Positions 17,966 through 28,432 of a DNA stretch of 59,828 nucleotides are shown piece by piece. The notes beneath the pieces are model-generated. The model saw only the letters and a list, made by a program, of their open reading frames with translations. It did no database searches and was not told the origin of the DNA. A program made the translations under genes and the position numbers. The DNA comes from a virus. Lineage: Duplodnaviria; Caudoviricetes. The number at the start of each line of letters is the position of its first letter. Positions within the stretch are counted from its first letter, which is position 1. The stretch spans positions 1 through 59,828 of IMG/VR virus record IMGVR_UViG_3300022602_000103; one strand, given 5' to 3'.

Positions 17966-18258
17966 TGCCAAGTAAATCAAAAAAGCAGCATAATCTGATG
18001 GAGATGGTAGCTCATAACCCTAAGATGGCTAAAAAAGTTGGTATTCCTCAGTCAGTAGGTAAAGAGTTTGTAGCTGCTGATAAGGGCAAGAAGTTTGGTA
18101 CAGGTGGCGGTGTTGGTGTAACTCGAGGCGGTAAAGGTATGATTAATCGTCAAGAGACAAGGTTTGGTAGCGTTCTAGGGCAAGAAAAGAATGTGCCAAA
18201 TGTTAATTTAAACAAATACGTCGGAAAAAAGACTGGCGGAAAGGTGAAGAAAAAATGA
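17965..18258 (+). CDS. small basic protein
   Basis: MPSKSKKQHNLM...GIPQSVGKEFVAADK. Confidence 0.7.
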   Translation: MPSKSKKQHNLMEMVAHNPKMAKKVGIPQSVGKEFVAADKGKKFGTGGGVGVTRGGKGMINRQETRFGSVLGQEKNVPNVNLNKYVGKKTGGKVKKK

Positions 18259-18431
18259 TGGCAACTAAAAAATTCTCTCAAAAAGAGACAATGGGTAGCG
18301 AGTCTATGGGCAAAGTTAAAACTGGCGCTCCTAGCATTGATGGTATTGCAGAACGTGGCAAGACCAAAACTAAATACCCAAAGATGGCTGGTAACACTAT
18401 TGGCAATGGTCCTTTGGTTCATTGTAAATAA
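18255..18431 (+). CDS. small basic protein, 58 aa
   Basis: MMATKKFSQKET...SIDGIAERGKTK; ATGA coupling; below the ORF-track cutoff. Confidence 0.6.
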   Translation: MMATKKFSQKETMGSESMGKVKTGAPSIDGIAERGKTKTKYPKMAGNTIGNGPLVHCK

Positions 18432-18433
18432 TC

Positions 18434-18775
18434 ATGACTCCAGAACAGCAAAAGAAGTACTATGCTGATAATGCAGCTAAGTACGACAAGATAGAAAAAG
18501 ATAAAGACTACGAAATCTTTGGATCTCGTGGTGACGCCGCTCGTAAGGGCATGGAAGAAAGTCGTATGGATCAAATGGGCAATGCCTATAAGAAAGGTGG
18601 AAAAGCTATGGAACACAAACACAACGTTGAGCACGTAAAACAACACGCTGCTGGTCACATGCACGAACAAGAAAAAGTAGCTAAGCATTATGGTAGCGAA
18701 GGTCATAAGATGCATCATGACCATGTAAAAGCTATGTGCGGCGGCGGCATGAGCTACGGTAAAAAAGCAAAATGA
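18434..18775 (+). CDS. small protein with His-rich C-terminal half
   Basis: 113 aa; YKKGG separates the two halves. Confidence 0.65.
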   Translation: MTPEQQKKYYADNAAKYDKIEKDKDYEIFGSRGDAARKGMEESRMDQMGNAYKKGGKAMEHKHNVEHVKQHAAGHMHEQEKVAKHYGSEGHKMHHDHVKAMCGGGMSYGKKAK

Positions 18776-19032
18776 TGGCAAGCCGAGGTATGGGCGCAGT
18801 TGCGCCTTCAAAAATGCCTAAAGCTAAAACGATTGTCCGCAAAGACAATCCTGATGACGTCACTATGTACAAAAAAGGTGGCGAAGTCTGGGATAAACCC
18901 CGTCCAAAAGGGCTTGGCAAACCTAAAAAAATGTCAGCAGCTAAAAAGTCTAGCGCTAAAGCTATGGCTAAGGCAGCTGGTAGACCGTATCCCAATCTAG
19001 TTGATAATATGAGAGCCGCGAGGAAAAAATGA
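18772..19032 (+). CDS. small basic protein
   Basis: MMASRGMGA...YKKGG...AGRPYPNLVDNM. Confidence 0.7.
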   Translation: MMASRGMGAVAPSKMPKAKTIVRKDNPDDVTMYKKGGEVWDKPRPKGLGKPKKMSAAKKSSAKAMAKAAGRPYPNLVDNMRAARKK

Positions 19033-19385
19033 CTTTATTTGATCACGTACTAGGCTACGTTAAAAGCGTAGGACATGCAGTAGAAGGTGAAGAGCATAAG
19101 CTATTACAAGAGTTTGTTACCTATTTGGCTAGCAATTCTGTAGTTGCTGGGTTCTTTCAATACTCAGGAACTGACAAAGAAAAAGAAGTGGTAGCTAATT
19201 TTGCTTCTACTTTAATGCCAGCTGAACAGTTTGTGGCTCCTGCTATTCCTGAGCCTATTGTCGAAGTTGCTCCAGAACCTGCTCCAGTAGAAGAACCTGC
19301 TCCAGTAGAAGAACCTGCTCCAGTAGAAGAACCTGCTCCAGTAGAAGAACCTGTTGCACCAGCAGTAGAACCTACTCAGGAGTAA
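19029..19385 (+). CDS. hypothetical protein with EPAPVE repeats
   Basis: 118 aa, acidic Pro-rich tail. Confidence 0.65.
   Translation: MTLFDHVLGYVKSVGHAVEGEEHKLLQEFVTYLASNSVVAGFFQYSGTDKEKEVVANFASTLMPAEQFVAPAIPEPIVEVAPEPAPVEEPAPVEEPAPVEEPAPVEEPVAPAVEPTQE
19275..19353 (+). repeat. 18-bp tandem repeat x4
   Basis: GAACCTGCTCCAGTAGAA, four perfect copies plus a partial fifth. Confidence 0.95.
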
Positions 19386-19388
19386 GTA

Positions 19389-19568
19389 ATGGCTACTAAA
19401 AACTGGATTAAAGGCGCTATTAAAAAACCTGGCGCTTTACGTGCTTCATTAGGAGTTAAAAAAGGCGAGCCTATTCCTGAGAAAAAACTTGTTGCAGCAG
19501 CTAAAAAACCTGGCAAACTAGGTCAAAGAGCACGCTTGGCTGAAACGCTTAAAGGCATGAAAAAATGA
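19389..19568 (+). CDS. small basic protein, 59 aa
   Basis: MATKNWIKGAIKKPGALRASLG...RARLAETLKGMKK; below the ORF-track cutoff. Confidence 0.7.
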   Translation: MATKNWIKGAIKKPGALRASLGVKKGEPIPEKKLVAAAKKPGKLGQRARLAETLKGMKK

Positions 19569-20512
19569 CAACGTCATCCACTACGCTATTTAATTTAGAT
19601 ATGGGTGACCTCATTGAGGAAGCCTTTGAGCGTTGTGGTACGCAACTACGATCTGGCTATGACTTTAGAACCGCCCGCCGTAGTGTCAATATGCTTACTA
19701 TTGAGTGGGCAAATCGCGGGATTAACCTATGGACTATTGAGCAGGGGCAAATTCCTATCAATATCAATGCTGGGCAAATTAGTTACCCAATTCCAGTTGA
19801 TACCATTGACCTATATGACCAAGTTATTCGTCAAGGCACTGGGCAAAATCAAGTTGATATTAATCTTACTCGCATATCTGGGGATACATATCTCACAATA
19901 CCTACTAAAAACGCTTATGGTCGTCCTATTCAAGTCTGGATTGATAGGCAGTCAGGTAACGTAGATGCTCTTCCTGTAACGGCTTTAACACAAGCTGCAT
20001 CGGCAACTGATACTACTTTGTATGTAACATCTACTGCTAATATGCGTAGCCAAGGCTATATCAACATAGACGGCGAAACAATCCTTTATCAAAACCTTGG
20101 GCAAGCTAACTCTAGTAACGCAAATCAGTTACTAAATTGCTATCGTGGGGTTAACAATACTACGGCAACTGCCCATAATTTAGGGGCTAGTGCCTATAAT
20201 AATTTCTTGCCAAACGTCAATATTTGGCCTACTGGCAATCCTGGAACCCAATATACGTTGATTTACTGGCGTATGCGTCGCATGCAGGATGCTGGCACAG
20301 GTGTAACTACTGAAGATATTCCATTCCGTTTTATTCCATGTATGGCTGCAGGTCTTGCTTATTACTTGTCTATGAAGTTGATGGACATTAATCCTCAGCG
20401 CATTCCAATGTTAAAAGCGGATTATGAACAACAGTTCCAGTTTGCGTCAGAAGAAGATAGAGAGAAAGCGCCTTTGCGATTTGTGCCCCGCAACATGAAT
20501 TACTATAGATAA
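19565..20512 (+). CDS. head-tail adaptor / tail tubular protein A-like
   Basis: LIEEAFERCG...EWANRGINLW...GLAYYL, with an inserted beta-rich domain. Confidence 0.6.
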   Translation: MTTSSTTLFNLDMGDLIEEAFERCGTQLRSGYDFRTARRSVNMLTIEWANRGINLWTIEQGQIPININAGQISYPIPVDTIDLYDQVIRQGTGQNQVDINLTRISGDTYLTIPTKNAYGRPIQVWIDRQSGNVDALPVTALTQAASATDTTLYVTSTANMRSQGYINIDGETILYQNLGQANSSNANQLLNCYRGVNNTTATAHNLGASAYNNFLPNVNIWPTGNPGTQYTLIYWRMRRMQDAGTGVTTEDIPFRFIPCMAAGLAYYLSMKLMDINPQRIPMLKADYEQQFQFASEEDREKAPLRFVPRNMNYYR

Positions 20513-20514
20513 TC

Positions 20515-20943
20515 ATGCCAAATAAGTTCGCCTCTGGTAAACACTCAATAGCGGAATGTGACCGTTGTGGACAGCGGTATAAGTTGCATGAGTTAAAAAC
20601 TCAAGTACTTAAAACTAAACCTTATAAAGTTAAAGTCTGTCCACCTTGCTGGGATCCTGATCAACCACAACTACAACTTGGTATGTATCCTGTATCTGAT
20701 CCACAAGGTGTACGGGAACCGCGCCCTGATGTGAGTTATTATTCATCAGGAAACACAGGGTTATACATAAACCCAAATGCTAGTAATAATGTAAATAATG
20801 CTGGGTATCCTAGCGATGGCAGTAGGGAGTTTCAGTGGGCTTGGAACCCTGTAGGAGGAGCTAGTTATTTTGATAGATATTTAACTCCAAATAGCTTGAT
20901 TCCAGTAATAACAATCGGTACAGTCACAATATCAACCACTTAG
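20515..20943 (+). CDS. zinc-finger structural-module protein
   Basis: CDRC...CPPC, DPQ..REPRPD. Confidence 0.65.
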   Translation: MPNKFASGKHSIAECDRCGQRYKLHELKTQVLKTKPYKVKVCPPCWDPDQPQLQLGMYPVSDPQGVREPRPDVSYYSSGNTGLYINPNASNNVNNAGYPSDGSREFQWAWNPVGGASYFDRYLTPNSLIPVITIGTVTISTT

Positions 20944-20953
20944 GAGCATTAAA

Positions 20954-21160
20954 ATGGCAAAAATGAAACATGACGACGTTGCAGAAGACAAAAAATTAAT
21001 CAAAAGCATGATGAAACCTGATGCTATGAAAGCTGGCATGAAAAAAGGTGGTAAGGCTAAAAAAATGGCTAAAGGCGGCGTAACTAGCATGCAAGAAAAA
21101 ACTATGGGTCGTAATATGGCTCGTGCTATGAATCAAAAATCTGGCTCAAGAGGTCGTTAA
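20954..21160 (+). CDS. small basic protein
   Basis: MKKGG and MAKGG motifs; SD AGGAG. Confidence 0.65.
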   Translation: MAKMKHDDVAEDKKLIKSMMKPDAMKAGMKKGGKAKKMAKGGVTSMQEKTMGRNMARAMNQKSGSRGR

Positions 21161-21161
21161 T

Positions 21162-21464
21162 ATGGCAACTCAAATTAAACCAACTAGCAAAAACAGTTCG
21201 CCTATGCGTACTGGACATGCTAAAAACAACGGTCCTGCAGAGCAATATGAAGCTAATGGCACAGGCGTAGCAGCTATGCGCAAGGCTACTGGTCATGATG
21301 CAAAAGACCCAAATACTTTACGCGCTGATGAAGTTACTCCAAAAACTGTACCTATGCGTGTAAGCATTGGTGATCGTGCTCGTGGTCCTAAAACTGATGG
21401 TATCGAAGTACGTGGTTCTGGTGCAGCTACTAAAGGTCGTATGGCTAGAGGTCCAATGGCATGA
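21162..21464 (+). CDS. small basic protein
   Basis: C-terminal GIEVRGSGAATKG..ARGPMA. Confidence 0.65.
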   Translation: MATQIKPTSKNSSPMRTGHAKNNGPAEQYEANGTGVAAMRKATGHDAKDPNTLRADEVTPKTVPMRVSIGDRARGPKTDGIEVRGSGAATKGRMARGPMA

Positions 21465-21664
21465 GCTTAGATCCAAAAACTCAAGTTAAAGTTGATTTAA
21501 CTATTGAGGATATAGATTTTGTTATTACGGCTCTTGGTGAAATGCCAGCTAAGACCAACGCGTTTGGTTTAATAATGAAAATTCGCGCCCAAGTAATGAC
21601 ACAAATTCCACAAGAACCACAAGTTCAAGACGCTAAATCTGAAGATATTAAACCAACAGAATGA
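21461..21664 (+). CDS. hypothetical protein
   Basis: 67 aa, ATGA-coupled. Confidence 0.55.
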   Translation: MSLDPKTQVKVDLTIEDIDFVITALGEMPAKTNAFGLIMKIRAQVMTQIPQEPQVQDAKSEDIKPTE

Positions 21665-22611
21665 ACTACGAACAGTTATATAACAATATCCAAGCCTACG
21701 CTGAGAACACTGAACAGTTGTTCGTAGCAAATATTCCAGTCTTTGTGATGGAGGCTGAAGAGCGTATATATAACTCAGTTCAATTACCATCATTGCGTAA
21801 AAACGTAACAGGAACTTTAACCGCTGGTAATCAGTATTTAGCGCTTCCAAATGACTATTTATCTACGTTTTCCTTTGCGGTTATTGATAGTTCTAATAAC
21901 TACAATTTTTTGTTAAATAAAGACGTTAACTTTTTACGTGAAGCCTATCCATCTACTGTAGTAACAAGTGGTACTTATCAAGGGACACCAGGTGGAATAC
22001 CTAAATACTATGCTTTATTTGGGTCTCAAAACGGATATGGTGGGGCTAATATTGATGAGTTAACTTTTATGGTTGCTCCTACTCCAGATGCTAATTACAC
22101 AGTAGAGATGCATTATTTTTACTACCCACCCACCATTGTACAAGGTCAAATTGCTACATTAGGGACTATTACGGCTGGCTCTTTATATACCAATGGTATA
22201 TACCAAAACGTATCTTTAACAGGAGGTTCAGGTGCTAATGCAACTGCTGATATCCTTATTGCCTCAGGTGCAGTGGTCTCCTGCAGCCTTAAGTTTGGCG
22301 GTAATTTTTATATTGCTGGTGATATATTGTCTTGTTCTTCTTTGGGGTCTACTGGTAGCGGTTTTTCAGTCACTGTAGCTACTGTATCTAACTCTACAGG
22401 TCAAAGTTGGCTTGGTGATAACTATGACCCAGTCCTATTTTATGGGGCTATGCGTGAAGCTATGATTTTTATGAAGGGTGAAGCTGACATGGTTAAGTAC
22501 TATGAAGATAAGTACACCGAAGCTCTTGCTCAGCTCAATCGTCTTGGAACTGGTCTCGAGCGTGGTGACGCCTATAGAGATGGTCAAGCTCGTATCAAGG
22601 TTAATCCATGA
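21661..22611 (+). CDS. neck/tail connector-like virion protein
   Basis: FVMEAEERIY, PKYYA, APTPD..Y.VE..Y, LFYGAMREA; internal Gly/Thr-rich insert. Confidence 0.6.
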   Translation: MNYEQLYNNIQAYAENTEQLFVANIPVFVMEAEERIYNSVQLPSLRKNVTGTLTAGNQYLALPNDYLSTFSFAVIDSSNNYNFLLNKDVNFLREAYPSTVVTSGTYQGTPGGIPKYYALFGSQNGYGGANIDELTFMVAPTPDANYTVEMHYFYYPPTIVQGQIATLGTITAGSLYTNGIYQNVSLTGGSGANATADILIASGAVVSCSLKFGGNFYIAGDILSCSSLGSTGSGFSVTVATVSNSTGQSWLGDNYDPVLFYGAMREAMIFMKGEADMVKYYEDKYTEALAQLNRLGTGLERGDAYRDGQARIKVNP

Positions 22612-23063
22612 TAGTTCAAGGCTCTACTACTACCTTTGCCCAGAATTTATTAAATGGCAATGAAAACTTTACTACAGGTACTTACTATATTGCCCTGTAT
22701 AACGCTAATGCTAATTTGAATAATACGACACAGTCTTATACAACTACTAATGAAGTTGTTGGTACTGGGTATACAGCGGGTGGCCAGCCCTTAACTATTA
22801 CAGTAACACCAACTGTAGACAATACTTATAACCTTGTGTATTTATCGTTTGCTAATGTAACTTGGAACCCTGCAGCGTTTACTTGTAGAGGCGCATTAGT
22901 CTACAATTACACAACAAAGGCAGCGTGTTTTGTTTTAAATTTTGGGTCTGATAAGACTTGTAATAATAGTTTTACTGTGCAGTTCCCAGCAGCGACTAGT
23001 ACGTCTGCTATTTTGTCTATTGGTAGCTATACTAGTGCTACTGTTGTAAGTTCTGGAGATTAA
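22608..23063 (+). CDS. tail structural protein
   Basis: YIALY...NEV.GTGYTAGG...RGALVYN...FGSDK. Confidence 0.65.
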   Translation: MIVQGSTTTFAQNLLNGNENFTTGTYYIALYNANANLNNTTQSYTTTNEVVGTGYTAGGQPLTITVTPTVDNTYNLVYLSFANVTWNPAAFTCRGALVYNYTTKAACFVLNFGSDKTCNNSFTVQFPAATSTSAILSIGSYTSATVVSSGD

Positions 23064-23065
23064 TT

Positions 23066-23677
23066 ATGCAAAAAGAATTAGCAAGCTGTGGTGACCAAGC
23101 AGAGATTACTTTGCAAGCAAACGCAAACATTCCCGAAGGTATGGGTGTCGATGGATACTACCACGTCGAATGTCGTGATAAAGAAGGCAATCTAAAATGG
23201 ACTGAAGAGTTTCCTAACTTAGTCGTTGCTGTAGGTAAGCAGTTATTGCTTGATACTTTATTGCGAACTTCAGGCACATACACTACTGTTGGACCATACC
23301 TTGGTCTTACTAAGGTTAGCTTGACTCCAGCTGCTACAGATACCATGACTACTTTGGTAACTACTAATGCTGCTGAGTTTACTAACTATACAGTTGGCGG
23401 TTCCGCAGTTCGTGGTACAGCTGTATTTGGTGCTTCTACTTCAAGTGGATCTACACCATCTAACGTAACTACTTCTTCAGCTTCTGCAATTACTTACACC
23501 ATTACTGGTGCAGGTGGTACTGTATATGGTTGTTTTTTAGTTACTGGCTCGGGTGCAAGTTCAACCCAGAGCAATACTAGCGGTACTTTGTATTCTGAAG
23601 GTAACTTTTCTACAGCTAAAGTTACAACTGCTGGTGATACAGTAAGCGTTACATACAGCACAACTGCAACTTCTTAA
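23066..23677 (+). CDS. tail structural protein
   Basis: NLVV..GK...GTLYSEG.F...GDTVSVTY. Confidence 0.65.
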   Translation: MQKELASCGDQAEITLQANANIPEGMGVDGYYHVECRDKEGNLKWTEEFPNLVVAVGKQLLLDTLLRTSGTYTTVGPYLGLTKVSLTPAATDTMTTLVTTNAAEFTNYTVGGSAVRGTAVFGASTSSGSTPSNVTTSSASAITYTITGAGGTVYGCFLVTGSGASSTQSNTSGTLYSEGNFSTAKVTTAGDTVSVTYSTTATS

Positions 23678-23687
23678 GGAGTCCTAA

Positions 23688-25721
23688 ATGGCTCTGGCGT
23701 TATATGATCGTGTACAGGAAACCACGAGCACTACTGGTACGGGGTCAATAACCCTAGCTGGTGCTGTATCGGGCTATCAGTCTTTTGCTGCAGTAGGCAA
23801 TGGAAATACTACCTATTACACAATAGTTAATGGTTCTGCGTGGGAAGTAGGTATTGGCACGTACTCAACTACGGGGCCAACTTTAGCTAGAACTACAGTT
23901 CTTTCGAACTCCAATGGTAATACATCGCCTATTACTTTGTCTGGCGCATCAAGCGTATTTGTTACTTATCCAGCTGAAAAGTCAATTAACTACGATGCTA
24001 ATGGTGTTGCAACTATTGGTTCTATTCTTGGCTATTCTGATACTGGCATTATTGCTTCATTTGCCTCGACAGTAGCTAACTACAATCAAGTTATTCTTCA
24101 GAATAAAAGCAACGCTACAAATGCGTCTTGTAACTTTAACGTATCAAACGATGTAGGCACTTCTGGCGCAAACTTTGCCGAGTTTGGTATTAACTCAAGT
24201 ACTTTTTCTGGTACAGGTGCATTTAATATTGCTGGCGCAGCTTATTTAGCTTCTGCATCTACAGATTTAGCTATTGGTACATATGGTGCTTACAACATAC
24301 ACTTTGTAACAAACAGCAGCACTACCGATGCAATGACCATTTACAACTCAGGTGGTGTTTCATTAGGTGGTCAACCAGATCCTGGCTTAGGAACTTTATA
24401 TGCCAATAACGTATATATTGGTTTTACTACAGTTACAGCAGCGGCGGGTACCACAGTACTTACAAATTCCTCTTCGGGTTGGATACAAGTAGTTGGAACA
24501 ACAACTCAAACCATTCAGTTACCAAATGCTACAACGCTATATAAAGGCTTAGCATACACAATTGCAAACAATTCAACTGGCAACGTAACTATTAAAGATA
24601 ATGCTGGTACTACAATTGATACTACCGTTAATGGTGGTTCATCTATTTTAGTTTTAACTGCTAATGGTACATCGGCAGGAACTTGGGTTGCCTATAGTTA
24701 TATTCCAGCATCCTATGATTTTAGTTCTTCCACCGCTAACTTTGGTACTGCTACATTAACTAATGGTACTTGGCAAGGAAATACTGTTGCTACAGGCTAT
24801 GGTGGCACAGGACTTACAACATTCTCTGCGGCTAACAACGCTCTTTATTCCACATCTTCTTCGGCTTTAACTGCGGGTACTTTACCTGTCGCTGCAGGCG
24901 GTACTGGAAATACAACCAACACTTTAAATGGCGTTGTTTATGGAAATGGAACAAGTGCGATAGGCACAACCGCTGCTGGTACTACGGGGCAATTTTTAAT
25001 TGGGAATACTGGCGCAGCTCCTTCTTGGGGAACAATTTCTAGCTCTTTAGTTAGCTCGTTTTCTGCTGGTACTACTGGATTTACTCCTTCCACTGCAACT
25101 ACTGGCGCAGTTACTTTAGCTGGTACTTTAAACGTTGCTAACGGCGGTACTGGTGTAACAACATCTACTGGCTCAGGTTCTAATGTTTTAAGCACAAGTC
25201 CAACTTTAGTAACGCCTAATCTTGGCACTCCATCTGCTATTAATTTAAGTAATGCTACTGCTTTACCTCGGTCTGCATTGCCTTCAGGTTCGGTTTTAAA
25301 GGTTCAGCAATTTACAGATACTGGAAGTGGAACTACATCAGGAACTTTAGTAAATTTAAATAATGCTGGGTTTGGATATACCCCAGTAAGCACAAACTCA
25401 ACTTTGTACATTATGTGCAGTTTTTATGCCTATTTAAGCCCTACAACTGGTTATGGTGCTGGTAGTTGCTATGGTTTTTATAACATGGGTGAATACAATG
25501 GCTCATCTTATGTAGCTTTTGCAAATACTGGATATTTATGGAACTATCAATATTCTACTGGTTATGCCCAATCTATAGGCATTCAAAGTAATTTAATGTT
25601 TTCAAGGTCTAATTCAGCATTAACTTCTAGAAGTTTTGACTTAATGGGAGCCGTAACAAATAGTAACTTTCCATTTTATGCAAACAGTATTGTTATGACA
25701 ATTATTGAGGTAGCAAACTAA
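23688..25721 (+). CDS. tail fibre protein
   Basis: DRVQETT.TTGTG N-terminus, repeated V..GGTG fibre motifs, distinct C-terminal tip domain. Confidence 0.75.
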   Translation: MALALYDRVQETTSTTGTGSITLAGAVSGYQSFAAVGNGNTTYYTIVNGSAWEVGIGTYSTTGPTLARTTVLSNSNGNTSPITLSGASSVFVTYPAEKSINYDANGVATIGSILGYSDTGIIASFASTVANYNQVILQNKSNATNASCNFNVSNDVGTSGANFAEFGINSSTFSGTGAFNIAGAAYLASASTDLAIGTYGAYNIHFVTNSSTTDAMTIYNSGGVSLGGQPDPGLGTLYANNVYIGFTTVTAAAGTTVLTNSSSGWIQVVGTTTQTIQLPNATTLYKGLAYTIANNSTGNVTIKDNAGTTIDTTVNGGSSILVLTANGTSAGTWVAYSYIPASYDFSSSTANFGTATLTNGTWQGNTVATGYGGTGLTTFSAANNALYSTSSSALTAGTLPVAAGGTGNTTNTLNGVVYGNGTSAIGTTAAGTTGQFLIGNTGAAPSWGTISSSLVSSFSAGTTGFTPSTATTGAVTLAGTLNVANGGTGVTTSTGSGSNVLSTSPTLVTPNLGTPSAINLSNATALPRSALPSGSVLKVQQFTDTGSGTTSGTLVNLNNAGFGYTPVSTNSTLYIMCSFYAYLSPTTGYGAGSCYGFYNMGEYNGSSYVAFANTGYLWNYQYSTGYAQSIGIQSNLMFSRSNSALTSRSFDLMGAVTNSNFPFYANSIVMTIIEVAN

Positions 25722-25990
25722 TGAATGATATTTCTCAAGCATTATTAAACATTGTTCCAGGTGCACAATGGACTTTGCGAGGTGATACATATGACGATCT
25801 TGAATGGCATGATGACAAAATAGCAAAGCCAACAGAAACTGAAATAGCTAATGCAGTAGCAGATTTGCCAAACCAACAAGCAAAATTAGAAGCAGAAAAA
25901 CAAGCACAAGAAGCAGCAAAGGCTTCTGCAATAGCTAAATTAGCTGCACTTGGTTTAACTGAAGACGAAGTAAAAGCGTTAGTAGGGTAA
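25721..25990 (+). CDS. tail fibre chaperone-like protein (XkdW-like)
   Basis: PGAQW...LEW...KPTE..I; AKLAALGLT tail; follows the fibre gene. Confidence 0.55.
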   Translation: MNDISQALLNIVPGAQWTLRGDTYDDLEWHDDKIAKPTETEIANAVADLPNQQAKLEAEKQAQEAAKASAIAKLAALGLTEDEVKALVG

Positions 25991-26901
25991 TGTTTGGTAT
26001 ATCAACGTTCGCCCAAACAACCTATGCTGGACTAGCTGGGGGAAACCAATTTGTCTTTTCTATTACAGAAAACTTTACTTCTGCGGACAATAACTCACAA
26101 ACTTGGGCGTTTTTACAGTCTATAACTGAACCCGCCACAATGGCGGATGTAATTAATAATAGCGGTAGTAACTTTTTTGGTAGTACAACAGAAATTATAA
26201 CTTCTGGGGATTCCAGCGTCCAAGCGTCCACCTTTTTGCAATCCATAGCAGAAAACTTTAACCCTACCGATGCCCCTACAATAACAGCGCAATTTGTTGC
26301 AGCGCAAACAGAAAACTTTAAACCTGCTGATTCTAATATTCAATACTTTGCCGCTTTAGAAACCCGCTCTGAACCAATTGATTCAGTACAAGACTCAAGT
26401 ACTCAATCTTCAGTATTTGGCCAAACCATAACTGAGACAATTACTTCTGGTAACACCCAAGCCATTACTGCCCAGTTTGCCTCTAGCATTACCGAGAACA
26501 TCGCTAGTGCAGATATTATTGTAATAGCCGCTCAGTTTGCTTCGTCTATTACTGAAAATTTGAATCTGGCTGATGTAAGTACGATTGTTAATGCGTTCTT
26601 TTTAAGCATTATTGAAAACTTAAACCCCGCAGATACCATTACGATAATTCAAGTATTCACTGACAGGATTACCGAAAACTTAAATTCTGGGGATTCTATT
26701 TCTGTCCAAGCAGCTTTTTTGGCCGCCATTACGGAAAATGTTTTCTTGCTAGACTCGCTAATTGCCCGTGGTTGGATTAAAATCAACGATAATCAAAGCA
26801 CTACTTGGAACGCTATTAACAATTCTGGGGGCGAAAGCTGGAACATAGTTAATAATGCACAAACTACGGACTGGAATCCAGTCGACAATTCGCAAGGATA
26901 A
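25990..26901 (+). CDS. repetitive tail-associated protein
   Basis: About 19-aa period (S/T)I(T/A)EN...(A/G)D repeats; C-terminal W..(I/V)(N/D)N repeats. Confidence 0.65.
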   Translation: MFGISTFAQTTYAGLAGGNQFVFSITENFTSADNNSQTWAFLQSITEPATMADVINNSGSNFFGSTTEIITSGDSSVQASTFLQSIAENFNPTDAPTITAQFVAAQTENFKPADSNIQYFAALETRSEPIDSVQDSSTQSSVFGQTITETITSGNTQAITAQFASSITENIASADIIVIAAQFASSITENLNLADVSTIVNAFFLSIIENLNPADTITIIQVFTDRITENLNSGDSISVQAAFLAAITENVFLLDSLIARGWIKINDNQSTTWNAINNSGGESWNIVNNAQTTDWNPVDNSQG

Positions 26902-26904
26902 AAT

Positions 26905-28203
26905 ATGGCATCTACGTATACAACTAATCTAAAAATCCAAGAAATTGGTAACGGCGAACAATCGGGTGTTTGGGGGTCAACAACCAATACTAACTGGACT
27001 TTAATTGAACAAGCTGTGGCTGGTGTTCAGACAATTACAATGTCTAATGCTAACTACACACTGACCAATTTAAACGGTCTTTTAGACGAAGCTCGTAATA
27101 TGGTGCTTGTTGTACAAGGCACAAATTCAGGGATTTACAAGGTTATTGCTCCACTAAATCAGTCAAAAATGTATGTTGTGTCTAACCAAACTTCTGGGGG
27201 ATATGCAATTACTATAGGCGCTTCTACTGGCTCTTATATCACTATCCCTAATGGAGTAACAGCTCAAGTATATACAGATGGTACAAATTTTTATTCTGCC
27301 CAAACAGGATCTGCCGGTGATTTTAATGTAAACGGTACTTTGACCGCTACCGGTGTTACCGATACTGGGGCTTTATCGTGTCTATCATTAACTGTTTCCA
27401 GTGGGTTAGGTTCATACTTTGCAAGTTCTGTTACTGGTTCTATTTCTGGAACAACGCTAACTGTAACTGCAGTTGCTAGCGGGCAGTTGTTTGTTGGACA
27501 AACAATTTCAGGTGCTGGGATTACTTCTGGTACTACGATAACTGCATTTGGTACGGGTACTGGAGGATTAGGAACTTACACTGTAAGCACATCCCAAACG
27601 GTATCAAGCACAACTATTACAGGTGCTGCGGGTACAGTAGCTACTACGCCAACAGCGGGAGATAATACAACAAAAGTGGCTACTACTGCTTTTGTAACTA
27701 CCGCTATTGCAGCTGCTGCTGTTATTACGGGGTCTATTGTTATGTGGCCGACAAGTTCCGCCCCATCTGGCTACTTAAACTGTGATGGCACTGCAGTTTC
27801 TCGTACTACTTATGCTGCCTTATTTGCAGTAGTAGGTACTACCTTTGGTGTAGGTGATGGTTCTACTACATTTAATGTACCAAACTATACAAACCGTATG
27901 CCTTATGGCACAACTATCGGTGCAACAGGCGGCTCTGCAACATCAACCATAGCCAAAGCCAACTTACCAGACTATAACCTAAACATAAACGACCCAGGCC
28001 ATGCTCACGTTGAACAATATAATGGCGGTACATCTGGTGCTGGTAATGGTATTTCAGATAGTTCTGTTTCTGTAAGCCCAACAGCAAGTTCTGTAAGCAC
28101 AGCAACGGCAACTACTGGAATTACGGTTGGTTTAGGTGGTTCTGGTACTCCATTAAGTACTATTTCTCCATACCTCGGTATTAATTTTATCATTAAGGCT
28201 TAA
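26905..28203 (+). CDS. tail fibre protein with tail-collar domain
   Basis: GSIVMWP...[21 protein letters not shown]...[10 protein letters not shown]...INFIIK. Confidence 0.8.
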   Translation: MASTYTTNLKIQEIGNGEQSGVWGSTTNTNWTLIEQAVAGVQTITMSNANYTLTNLNGLLDEARNMVLVVQGTNSGIYKVIAPLNQSKMYVVSNQTSGGYAITIGASTGSYITIPNGVTAQVYTDGTNFYSAQTGSAGDFNVNGTLTATGVTDTGALSCLSLTVSSGLGSYFASSVTGSISGTTLTVTAVASGQLFVGQTISGAGITSGTTITAFGTGTGGLGTYTVSTSQTVSSTTITGAAGTVATTPTAGDNTTKVATTAFVTTAIAAAAVITGSIVMWPTSSAPSGYLNCDGTAVSRTTYAALFAVVGTTFGVGDGSTTFNVPNYTNRMPYGTTIGATGGSATSTIAKANLPDYNLNINDPGHAHVEQYNGGTSGAGNGISDSSVSVSPTASSVSTATATTGITVGLGGSGTPLSTISPYLGINFIIKA

Positions 28204-28212
28204 GGATAAATC

Positions 28213-28431
28213 ATGGGTCAATTTACAATTACTGGCGATACAAGTGGTACTTTAACTTTAGCGGCTTCATCTGCTGCAGGTACACCAACAATTACTTTTC
28301 CAACAGTTTCTGGTAACGCTTTGGCTTCTACTGGAGTTACTGCATCCACAACAAATACTGTAACTAATAAGATTGCTGTCAATATTGGTGGCACAGTTTA
28401 TTACTTATTGGCTTCTACATCAGGAACTTAA
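28213..28431 (+). CDS. small fibre-like protein
   Basis: 72 aa, Thr/Gly-rich, SD AAGGA. Confidence 0.6.
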   Translation: MGQFTITGDTSGTLTLAASSAAGTPTITFPTVSGNALASTGVTASTTNTVTNKIAVNIGGTVYYLLASTSGT

Positions 28432-28432
28432 T

